NCBI GenBank assembly: GCA_947631115.1
Contig: CANRKB010000010.1
Location: 1,876 to 65,875, forward strand
DNA: 64,000 bases
From: an uncultured Clostridia bacterium
GTDB lineage: Bacteria > Bacillota > Clostridia > Oscillospirales > Ruminococcaceae
Direction of reading: 5' to 3'
Position numbers and translations under genes: made by a program
Notes under the pieces: generated by a model
Told to the model about the DNA's origin: nothing
Databases searched by the model: none
The model's input: only the letters and a program-made list of their open reading frames with translations
Shown: in pieces, positions 7,943 to 15,979 of the stretch
Numbering within the stretch: position 1 is the stretch's first letter
How the letters are laid out: each line of letters begins with the position of its first letter

Positions 7943-8087
7943 ACTACGGCTTTAAACCTCTTCTAAATTTGTTGGATATTCCACATTATAATGCAAAATA
8001 AATAATTTGTCAATAAGTTTTTTGTGAAAAAATAATGAAACTTTATTCGGAATTTCACGGTAATTCCCGCATAGCGTCAAAAAACTA

Positions 8088-8116
8088 TTGAATTTTTCGT
8101 TGTATTGTGATATAAT
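8088..8116 (+). promoter_or_regulatory. Sigma-A-type promoter upstream of nfnAB
   Basis: TTGAAT (8088-8093), 17-nt spacer, TATAAT (8111-8116). Family-1 copy B starts at the next nucleotide. Confidence 0.55.
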
Positions 8117-8273
8117 TAGAATGTATAAAAGTCAAGTCTCAGACTGTAGAGAAAGTCCCAGATACGAGGAAGCGGTACTGCGGCTAGGCTTTGTGCCTGC
8201 CGCAGTAGGCCGCCGCATTATCCGCCTTCTGCGGATAACGCTACGAAGTAGATGGGGCTTTATATACAGTCTG
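8117..8273 (+). mobile_element. Family-1 MITE-like element, copy B (with hairpin module Y)
   Basis: Same termini and central hairpin as copy A, plus inserted hairpin TTATCCGC-CTTCT-GCGGATAA. No clean target duplication. Lies in the nfnA leader in sense orientation. Confidence 0.75.
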
Positions 8274-8301
8274 AATTATATGGGGAGGAGTTTATTTATT
8301 A

Positions 8302-9141
8302 ATGTATAAGATACTTAGGAAAAAAGAGCTTAATCCTACGGTCACACTTATGGATATTGAAGCGCCGCTTATCGCAAAGAAAGCAGAACCGGGACAGTTC
8401 GTCATTCTTCGCGTAAACGAAAACGGCGAGAGAATACCGCTGACCGTCGCTGACTATGACCGCGAAAAAGGTACGGTCACCATTATCTTCCAGATAGTAG
8501 GCGGAACGACCGAGCTTTTAAACCACAAAAACGAGGGCGAATACATTCAGGACTTTGTAGGTCCTTTGGGAAAGGCTACCGAAACGGAGGGGCTGAAAAA
8601 GGTCGCTGTTGTGGGCGGCGGCGTCGGGTGCGCTATTGCATATCCCGTAGCGAAGAAGCTCCATGACAACGGCTGCGAGGTACATTCGATAGTAGGCTTC
8701 AGAAACAAGGATCTTGTTATTCTCGAAGACGAATTCAAGGCGGCTTCTACCGAGCTTAAAATTATGACCGACGACGGCTCTTACGGAACAAAGGGTCTTG
8801 TAACAGACGCACTGAAAGCTCTTATAGAAGCGGGCAACAAATATGACGAGGTAATTGCGATAGGTCCCGTTATAATGATGAAGTTCGTCTGCAAGCTGAC
8901 GAAAGAATACGGCATAAAGACCGTTGTTTCCATGAACCCCATTATGATAGACGGCACGGGAATGTGCGGCGGCTGCAGGCTTACGGTCGGCGGGGAAACA
9001 AAGTTTGCCTGCGTAGACGGTCCCGATTTTGACGGACATCTTGTAGACTTTGACGAAGCGCTGGAGCGCGGGTCAATGTACCGCGAATTTGAGGCGAAAA
9101 AGCGCGAAGAGGTCTGCAATCTCTTTAAGGAGGTAAAGTAA
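8302..9141 (+). CDS. nfnA: NADH-dependent reduced ferredoxin:NADP+ oxidoreductase subunit A (FAD/[2Fe-2S] sulfide-dehydrogenase-like)
   Basis: 279 aa. Strongly resembles Thermotoga/Clostridium NfnA as I remember it (MxKIL.K..L.P...L..IEAP, DGTGMCGGCR...KFACVDGP). Confidence 0.85.
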   Translation: MYKILRKKELNPTVTLMDIEAPLIAKKAEPGQFVILRVNENGERIPLTVADYDREKGTVTIIFQIVGGTTELLNHKNEGEYIQDFVGPLGKATETEGLKKVAVVGGGVGCAIAYPVAKKLHDNGCEVHSIVGFRNKDLVILEDEFKAASTELKIMTDDGSYGTKGLVTDALKALIEAGNKYDEVIAIGPVIMMKFVCKLTKEYGIKTVVSMNPIMIDGTGMCGGCRLTVGGETKFACVDGPDFDGHLVDFDEALERGSMYREFEAKKREEVCNLFKEVK

Positions 9142-9142
9142 A

Positions 9143-10528
9143 ATGCCGAACATGAGCTTAAAGAAAAACGAAATGCCGACGCAAGAACCGAATGTCAGAA
9201 ACAAGAATTTCAGCGAGGTAGCTCTCGGCTATACCGAAGAACAGGCCGTTGACGAGGCGAACCGCTGCTTAAACTGCAAAAACAAGCCCTGCGTTTCGGG
9301 CTGCCCCGTGTCGATAGACATTCCCGCGTTTATTGCTAAGATACGCGAAAAGGATTTCGAGGGAGCTTATGATATTATTGCAAAGAGCAGTTCTCTGCCC
9401 GCTGTCTGCGGAAGAGTATGCCCGCAGGAAACCCAGTGCGAAAGCAAGTGCGTAAGAGGCATAAAGGGCGAGCCTGTCGCAATAGGCAGACTGGAGCGCT
9501 TTGTCGCAGACTATCACAACAAAAACTGTACAGAAGCTCCGAAAGCCCCCGAAAAGAACGGTCACAAGTGCGCTGTTATCGGCGCGGGTCCCAGCGGACT
9601 TACCTGCGCGGGCGACCTTGCGAAAATGGGATATGACGTTACGGTATTCGAGGCGCTTCACCTCGCGGGAGGAGTTCTCGTATACGGAATTCCCGAGTTC
9701 AGACTTCCGAAAGCTATCGTTGCACATGAAGTTGAAAATCTGAAAGCCCTCGGCGTTAAGATAGAAACAAATGTTGTTATAGGAAAGACAATTGAAGTTG
9801 ACGAGCTATTTGAAGAAGGCTATGAGGCAATTTTCATAGGCTCGGGCGCGGGACTTCCGAGATTTATGAACATACCCGGAGAAAACTTAAAGGGCGTATA
9901 TTCCGCGAACGAGTTTTTGACGCGCGTTAATCTTATGAAAGCCTACAAGGACGGCTCGGACACACCGATAAAGAAGAACACGAACGTTGCGGTTGTGGGC
10001 GGCGGAAACGTTGCAATGGACGCGGCGCGCTGCGCAAAACGTCTTGGCGCGGAAAACGTCTACATAGTATACCGCAGAGGACTCGAAGAAATGCCCGCGC
10101 GTAAAGAAGAAGTCGAGCATGCAATGGAAGAAGGCATTATCTTTAAAACGCTCAACAACCCCGTTGAGATACTCGGCGACGAGCATAAATTCGTTACGGG
10201 CATGAAGTGTATAGAAATGGAGCTTGGCGAGCCCGACGCAAGCGGCAGGCGCAGGCCCGTTGAAAAGCCCGATAGTGAGTTTACCATTGACGTTGACTGC
10301 GTGGTTATGTCGATAGGCACTTCTCCAAACCCGCTTATCAGAAACACAACGAAAGGTCTTGAAACCAACAAACACGGCTGTTTCATTGCCGACGAAAACG
10401 GACAGACCTCGCGCGAGGGCGTATTCGCGGGCGGCGACGCAGTAACGGGCGCGGCGACTGTTATTCTCGCAATGGGCGCGGGAAAGACAGCCGCAAAAGC
10501 AATGGACGAGTATATAAAGAACAAATAA
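9143..10528 (+). CDS. nfnB: NfnB / glutamate-synthase small-chain-like NADPH oxidoreductase
   Basis: 461 aa. Two Cys clusters (CLNCKNKPC, CPQETQCESKC), Rossmann motifs GAGPSG and VVGGGNVAMD. Lies 1 nt after nfnA. Confidence 0.88.
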   Translation: MPNMSLKKNEMPTQEPNVRNKNFSEVALGYTEEQAVDEANRCLNCKNKPCVSGCPVSIDIPAFIAKIREKDFEGAYDIIAKSSSLPAVCGRVCPQETQCESKCVRGIKGEPVAIGRLERFVADYHNKNCTEAPKAPEKNGHKCAVIGAGPSGLTCAGDLAKMGYDVTVFEALHLAGGVLVYGIPEFRLPKAIVAHEVENLKALGVKIETNVVIGKTIEVDELFEEGYEAIFIGSGAGLPRFMNIPGENLKGVYSANEFLTRVNLMKAYKDGSDTPIKKNTNVAVVGGGNVAMDAARCAKRLGAENVYIVYRRGLEEMPARKEEVEHAMEEGIIFKTLNNPVEILGDEHKFVTGMKCIEMELGEPDASGRRRPVEKPDSEFTIDVDCVVMSIGTSPNPLIRNTTKGLETNKHGCFIADENGQTSREGVFAGGDAVTGAATVILAMGAGKTAAKAMDEYIKNK

Positions 10529-10610
10529 TTTACAGAACAATAAGCGCTGTTTTAAAACAAACGGCGCTTAATGTTAAATACAATTAAACAAATTTAAAGG
10601 AGGACACACT

Positions 10611-12386
10611 ATGAAACTGAAGAAAATTGCCGCTTCAATGCTCGCGGCGACGGCAGCGCTTTCGGCGTTTGCGTGCTGTGCGTCTGCCGAAGAAGCAAAG
10701 GAGAGCAAGCTCTCTCTTCTGACCTCGGATCTAAAAGCCGAGCTGAAGTCGAACATTGTCTACATTGAGGGCTACGGTCTTATAGACATCACCGGCAAGA
10801 GCATTGATTCAAGCGAGAACAGTAACGCTGATGACGACGCGAATCTTGACGTTGACTTTGACGAGATAGGCTATATCAGCAAAGCTGACCTCAAAAACTG
10901 GCAGGAAACGGGCGAGCTTAAACTTACTACCCTGAAAGCAAATTTTGATACCACGGGCTTAAAGTGGGGAATGTTCAACGACGAGAACGGTTATGTTCAG
11001 CTTGTGAAAATGGAAAAACAGAAAGCCGAGGGCAGCGAAGAAGAAGAAAATGTTGTTACATACAGAGGGCTTTATAAAATCGAAAACGGCGAAATCAAAA
11101 AGTGCTGCGACCTTGATACTTTCTGGACAACTTCGAAATCAAGCGGCGTTTCTGTTGGCTGCTTGCAAGAATATGCTACAGTCCACTATACGGTGACAGA
11201 CAAAGACGAGGAAACAGGCGAAGTCAAAACGACCGAAACCGACCAAAAATACCTTGTCGGAATGAAATTGGTAATTACACAGCCCGACGGCACAAAGAAA
11301 GAAGCTACCATTGCAGAAGCTCCGCTTAAAGATATGACAGTTACCATTGACCGCACGGTTGAAAACTTCAACGAGGAAGAGTTCTTAAAGCAGCAATTTG
11401 ACGGGCTGTACTATTTCAGCGACGTTTATTATAATTTAACCGCTATGTCTGACTGCATCACATCGAGCCTTGTTCTTCAGAACAATTTTGGTTCTTTGAA
11501 TAACAACAATCTGGGTCTTGTAATATATGAGACTGACTTCGACGGAAACGTAAAAAAAGTTTATGAAACAAACTATGGGCAAACCGTAGCTAAACATTTA
11601 TCTGCATTGAACATCGGCGACAATTTTTATTGGTACGAAGCGGACGAACACAATCAGGGCATGTGGAGCAGGTTCTGTCTTTATAATACCGAGACCGAAG
11701 AGGTCACTTCCTTTGACTATGAATATGACGGATTTTCATTATTCGACCCGTATTATATGACAGACAGCGGCGTTATAATGGGCGAAGTATATACGATTTA
11801 CAAAGCCGACAATTCACACACAAACCTCGGCTATGCAATTTTCGATAATATTGAAGACTTTGCAAACTGGGAGAGCAAGACCTACTATGAAGACCTTCAT
11901 CGTTATACCTTTGACGAGGGCGACACAAAGCTTCTTCTGAAATTTGAGGACGCCGACGGCAAAATAGGCTATATGGACGAGAATGAAAATGTCCTCGCTT
12001 ATTTCGACGTTGCGGGCAGCTTTAAGGCTGAGCTTTACGCTCCCGTTGTAAAGGACGGAAAGGCTTTTCTTATTGACAAGGAAATGAACGAGGTTTCGAC
12101 AGAGATAGAAGCCGAAGACCTTTTTGCGATAGACGAGGATCTGTTTATTGCAATAAACGGCGACAAGACCTATCTTGTGACTTATACAACGGAAGTTGAA
12201 CCGTCCGAGAGTACCGACAGCGGTTCTTCGGACAGCGAAGTTTCTACGGACAGTGAATCTTCTTCGGACAGCGATTCAAGCGGCGCTGCATCTCCCGAAA
12301 CGGGCGCGGCGGGACTTCCCATAACGCTCGGCGTTGTTGCCATAGCAGGCGCGGCGGTAGTTGTTTCGAGGAAAAAGACGCGCTGA
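10611..12386 (+). CDS. Secreted, sortase-anchored surface protein
   Basis: 591 aa. Signal peptide MKLKKIAASMLAATAALSAFACCASA. Ser/Asp-rich linker. C-terminal SPETG + hydrophobic segment + RKKTR tail (LPXTG-like sorting signal). Confidence 0.75.
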   Translation: MKLKKIAASMLAATAALSAFACCASAEEAKESKLSLLTSDLKAELKSNIVYIEGYGLIDITGKSIDSSENSNADDDANLDVDFDEIGYISKADLKNWQETGELKLTTLKANFDTTGLKWGMFNDENGYVQLVKMEKQKAEGSEEEENVVTYRGLYKIENGEIKKCCDLDTFWTTSKSSGVSVGCLQEYATVHYTVTDKDEETGEVKTTETDQKYLVGMKLVITQPDGTKKEATIAEAPLKDMTVTIDRTVENFNEEEFLKQQFDGLYYFSDVYYNLTAMSDCITSSLVLQNNFGSLNNNNLGLVIYETDFDGNVKKVYETNYGQTVAKHLSALNIGDNFYWYEADEHNQGMWSRFCLYNTETEEVTSFDYEYDGFSLFDPYYMTDSGVIMGEVYTIYKADNSHTNLGYAIFDNIEDFANWESKTYYEDLHRYTFDEGDTKLLLKFEDADGKIGYMDENENVLAYFDVAGSFKAELYAPVVKDGKAFLIDKEMNEVSTEIEAEDLFAIDEDLFIAINGDKTYLVTYTTEVEPSESTDSGSSDSEVSTDSESSSDSDSSGAASPETGAAGLPITLGVVAIAGAAVVVSRKKTR

Positions 12387-12486
12387 TAATTGAGAACATT
12401 GAAGCTGTTCCGAGCGGCGAAGCGCTTTTCCGTTCAAACGACCTGACGGGCGGGCGCACGAAAGTTTTTTGAAAAGGGAGTCCAGA

Positions 12487-12656
12487 GGGGAAAAATTTTT
12501 TACAAAAAATTTTTCCCCTTTGGTCGCGGCGTAAGCCGCGAAACGGCGCTAGCTAAGCGCATCAGGTTAAATGCCTACGGCATTGAACCTGGGGTGCGGG
12601 GAAAACAAGAGTTTTCCCCGCATTGCCGTTTCAAAGCCATGCTTTGAAACGGCAAT
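12487..12656. repeat. Array of six consecutive unrelated hairpins
   Basis: Hairpins at 12487-12518, 12525-12540 (GUAA loop), 12546-12560, 12570-12584, 12596-12621 (11 bp), 12622-12656 (15 bp perfect). Confidence 0.7.
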
Positions 12657-12825
12657 CCTAAAAGAGGTTTTGAGCGTAAAGCCACCAAAAAATGGATTTA
12701 CGATGGAGCGGGAAAGAAAAAGTTTTAAGGCTATTGAAAAGTGATAAATGAGCGACCTTGTTGCTGATGTTGATTTATGCAGTAGGTATCCCCTATAAAA
12801 TTCACACAATTTTCACATTTTGTCC

Positions 12826-12854
12826 TTGACAAATACCCCACGGGGGTATATAAT
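12826..12854 (+). promoter_or_regulatory. csoR-copA promoter with embedded CsoR operator
   Basis: TTGACA (12826-12831), 17-nt spacer, TATAAT (12849-12854). The spacer is the palindrome ATACCCCACGGGGGTAT (12833-12849), matching the TACCC-N-GGGTA CsoR operator type known from Bacillus copZA. Confidence 0.8.
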
Positions 12855-12887
12855 ATACTCGTGAGCAGGAAAGCAAGAGGTGATAAA

Positions 12888-13187
12888 ATGCGCGAATGTG
12901 ATTGCAAAAAAAAGCGAAAAGACCGCTCGCCCGATGAATACAAAAGCCTTATAAACCGCCTGAACAGAATTTCGGGGCAGATAAACGGGATAAAGAAAAT
13001 GGTCGAGGAGAGCGCCTATTGCACCGACATCTTAATACAAGTCTCCGCGGTAAACTCCGCACTTAATTCCTTTAACAAGGCTTTGCTTTCCGAGCATATA
13101 AGGACGTGCGTTGCGGATAATATAAGAGAGGGCGACGACGAGATTGTCGAAGAACTTGTCGAAACGCTCAGAAAACTTATGAAATAG
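12888..13187 (+). CDS. csoR: CsoR-family copper-sensing repressor
   Basis: The ORF track starts at GTG 12861. ATG 12888 is preferred because of the AAGAGG SD at 12875-12880. DUF156-type sequence LINRLNRISGQINGIKKMVEE..YC.DILIQ.SAV..AL. Confidence 0.85.
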   Translation: MRECDCKKKRKDRSPDEYKSLINRLNRISGQINGIKKMVEESAYCTDILIQVSAVNSALNSFNKALLSEHIRTCVADNIREGDDEIVEELVETLRKLMK

Positions 13188-13196
13188 AGGAAAGAA

Positions 13197-15716
13197 ATGG
13201 TCTTGTACAATGTCACGGGAATGAGCTGCGCGGCTTGTTCCGCAAGAATTGAAAAAGCCGTAAGCGCTGTAAAAGGCGTTAAACAATGCTCGGTAAATCT
13301 TCTCACAAACTCAATGAGCGTTGAGGGGGGAGAAAGCGCCGACATAATAAGCGCGGTTGAAAAAGCGGGCTACGGCGCGGCGCTCAAGGATAAGCCCGCC
13401 GCAAAAGCCGCCGACGACAGCTCTCTTGAAGATAAAGAGTCCCCGAAAATTAAACGCAGACTTTTCTGGAGTCTGGGTTTTATGGTCGTTCTTTTGTATA
13501 TCTCAATGGGCGGCATGATGTGGGGCGCTCCGCTGCCGCCGTTTTTAGCTGACGATCATGTTTCCATGGCGATAGTTCAGCTTTTGCTTTCGGGCATTAT
13601 AATGGTTATAAACCAAAAGTTCTTTGTCAGTGGCTTTAAAGGCATTATCCACCGCGCGCCGAATATGGACACGCTCGTTGCGTTAGGCTCCGCCGCGGCA
13701 TTTGTCTACAGCGTCTATGCGACCTTTGTTATGTCAAACGCGCAGGCTGCGGGAAACCACGAGCTTGTTATGACGTATATGCACGAGCTGTATTTCGAAA
13801 GCGCAGGCACTATTCTTACGCTCATTACTCTCGGAAAATACCTCGAAGCCCGCTCTAAAGGCAGGACGACAGACGCCCTCAAAAGCCTTATAAAGCTTGC
13901 TCCGAAAACCGCCGTGCTTATAAAAGACGGGCAGGAAATTACCGTTCCGATTGAACAAGTAAAGGTCGGCGACGTTTTTGCCGTTAAGGCGGGAGAAAAT
14001 ATCCCGACCGACGCGGTAATAATCGAGGGAGAAACGTCCGTAAACGAAAGCGCTCTTACGGGCGAGAGCATTCCCGTAGACAAATCCGTAGGCGACGATG
14101 TTTCGGCTGCAACAATAAACCTTTCGGGGTATGTGCTCTGTAGGGCTACGCGCGTCGGAGAAGACACTTCCCTTTCGCAGATAATAAAAATGGTGAGCGA
14201 CGCTTCGGCTGCCAAAGCTCCTATTGCAAAAATAGCGGATAAGGTTTCGGGAGTGTTCGTGCCTGCGGTTATTTCAATTGCGCTTGTGACGATCGCGGTC
14301 TGGCTTATCGCGGGCAGCGGCGCGGGCTATGCGATAGAGCGCGGAATTTCCGTTCTCGTCATCTCCTGCCCCTGCGCTCTTGGACTTGCAACGCCCGTGG
14401 CGATTATGGTCGGAAGCGGAATGGGCGCGAAAAACGGGATTTTGTTTAAAACCGCCGTTTCACTTGAACAGGCGGGAAAAACCGAAATCGTCCTGCTCGA
14501 CAAGACAGGCACAATTACCAGCGGAGAACCTGCCGTTACGGATATAGTTCCCCTCGGCATTTCCGAAGACGAGCTTCTGAAAACCGCCTGCGCCCTTGAA
14601 AAGCGCAGCGAACACCCTCTCGCAAAGGCGATAGTAAACCTCGGAAACGAAAAGGGATATACCGCGGACGAACCCGAAAAGTTCGAGGTCTTAAAAGGCG
14701 CGGGAGTTTCGGCTGTAATAAACGGCGAAAAATATTCCGCGGGCAATTTAAAGCTCTGCGAGGGTATCTGCGATATTCCCGAAAGCATGCGCGAAAATGC
14801 CGACAGGCTCGCAAACGACGGGAAAACGCCGCTGTTTTTCTGTCGGGAAAAGTCGCTTTTGGGAATAATCGCCGTTGCGGACAAGATAAAGCCCGAAAGC
14901 CCCTCCGCCGTGTCCGAGCTTAAAAACATGGGAATTAAAACCGTTATGCTGACGGGCGACAACAGGCGCACCGCCGAAGCCGTCGGAAAACTCGCGGGAA
15001 TAGACGAGGTAATCGCCGAGGTTATGCCCGCAGACAAAGAAAGCGTCGTAAGGCGTTTTCAAAAGCTTGGAAAGGTCGCAATGGTCGGCGACGGCATAAA
15101 CGACGCGCCCGCTCTGACGCGCGCCGATACGGGAATAGCGATAGGCGCGGGAGCAGACGTAGCTGTAGACGCGGCGGACGTTGTATTGATGAAAAGCAGG
15201 CTTTCGGACGTTCCCGCGGCGATAAGGCTTTCGAGAAAAACTCTCCGCAACATAAGGCAGAACCTTTTCTGGGCGTTTTTCTACAACGTTATAGGAATAC
15301 CGCTCGCGGCGGGAGTGTGGATACCGCTTTTCGGCTGGAGATTAAACCCGATGTTCGGGGCGCTGGCGATGTCGCTTTCGAGCTTTTTCGTAGTGACAAA
15401 CGCTTTGCGGCTCAATTTCTGCAATATCTACGACCCGAAGCACGACAGGAAAATCAAAGCGAAACATTCGCTTGAAAATAAAAATGAAATTCAGGAGGAT
15501 AAGACAATGGAAGTTACAATGAAAATCGAAGGTATGATGTGCGGTCACTGCGAGGCGACCGTGAAAAAGGCGCTCGAAGCGGTAGACGGAGTAACAGAAG
15601 CCGCAGTTAGCCACGAAAACGGAACGGCTGTAGTTAAACTAAACGGAAACGTCGATAAAGAAATTCTCAAAAAAGCCGTTGAGGACAAGGACTATAAAGT
15701 GACTGATATTCAGTAA
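13197..15716 (+). CDS. copA: Copper-translocating P1B-type ATPase with N- and C-terminal HMA domains
   Basis: 839 aa. GMSCAACSARIE (N-terminal HMA), CPC, DKTGT, GDGINDAP, and C-terminal GMMCGHCEATV HMA domain. Confidence 0.93.
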   Translation: MVLYNVTGMSCAACSARIEKAVSAVKGVKQCSVNLLTNSMSVEGGESADIISAVEKAGYGAALKDKPAAKAADDSSLEDKESPKIKRRLFWSLGFMVVLLYISMGGMMWGAPLPPFLADDHVSMAIVQLLLSGIIMVINQKFFVSGFKGIIHRAPNMDTLVALGSAAAFVYSVYATFVMSNAQAAGNHELVMTYMHELYFESAGTILTLITLGKYLEARSKGRTTDALKSLIKLAPKTAVLIKDGQEITVPIEQVKVGDVFAVKAGENIPTDAVIIEGETSVNESALTGESIPVDKSVGDDVSAATINLSGYVLCRATRVGEDTSLSQIIKMVSDASAAKAPIAKIADKVSGVFVPAVISIALVTIAVWLIAGSGAGYAIERGISVLVISCPCALGLATPVAIMVGSGMGAKNGILFKTAVSLEQAGKTEIVLLDKTGTITSGEPAVTDIVPLGISEDELLKTACALEKRSEHPLAKAIVNLGNEKGYTADEPEKFEVLKGAGVSAVINGEKYSAGNLKLCEGICDIPESMRENADRLANDGKTPLFFCREKSLLGIIAVADKIKPESPSAVSELKNMGIKTVMLTGDNRRTAEAVGKLAGIDEVIAEVMPADKESVVRRFQKLGKVAMVGDGINDAPALTRADTGIAIGAGADVAVDAADVVLMKSRLSDVPAAIRLSRKTLRNIRQNLFWAFFYNVIGIPLAAGVWIPLFGWRLNPMFGALAMSLSSFFVVTNALRLNFCNIYDPKHDRKIKAKHSLENKNEIQEDKTMEVTMKIEGMMCGHCEATVKKALEAVDGVTEAAVSHENGTAVVKLNGNVDKEILKKAVEDKDYKVTDIQ

Positions 15717-15734
15717 ATGCGCGGCGGTTCTTGT

Positions 15735-15808
15735 CAAAAGGCATTTTCTGAAATAACGTTCATTCGCCCTAACCCCCTAACCCCCTTCCCCGAAGGGGAA
15801 GGGGGAAA
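15735..15808 (-). repeat. Family-3 repeat, reverse-orientation copy
   Basis: The reverse complement reads CCCCCTTCCCC-TTCG-GGGAAGGGGGTTAGGGGGTTAGGGCGAATGAACGTTATTTCAGAAAATG, collinear with 1021-1090. Confidence 0.7.
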
Positions 15809-15883
15809 AGAGCGGGGCGCACTGCGCGCGCAAAACGCTGTAAACGCGCGGTGGTTATTATGCTGTTCACTATAAACTTTTAA

Positions 15884-15947
15884 CTGTACACTGAACAAAA
15901 AGTACTGTCTGACTTGTATTATACTGTACACTATACACTGTATACTT
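15884..15947. repeat. Family-2 terminal-repeat remnant (CTGTACAC units)
   Basis: AACTGTACACTGAAC...ATACTGTACACTATACACTGTATAC. Confidence 0.5.
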
Positions 15948-15979
15948 GAAAGATCTGTCGACAAAGGAGTTGATATAAC

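Noticed and set aside
8015-8060. Possible Rex operator (TTGTGAA...TTTCACGG) upstream of nfnAB
   Set aside because: The half-sites are about 24 nt apart rather than N6, and the second half is imperfect. This does not fit TTGTGAA-N6-TTCACAA.
8088-8309. Small ORFs sharing the peptide LRLGFVPAAV (also 825-1106 and 26124-26327), which look like a conserved protein family
   Set aside because: The shared peptide is a translation of the family-1 repeat core (GCGGCTAGGCTTTGTGCCTGCCGC). The frames and boundaries differ between copies, so the conservation is at the DNA level.
15900-15979. I looked for CtsR (GGTCAAA repeats) or CIRCE (TTAGCACTC-N9-GAGTGCTAA) operators upstream of clpB
   Set aside because: Neither motif is present. 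The region is occupied by family-2 and family-3 repeat remnants.
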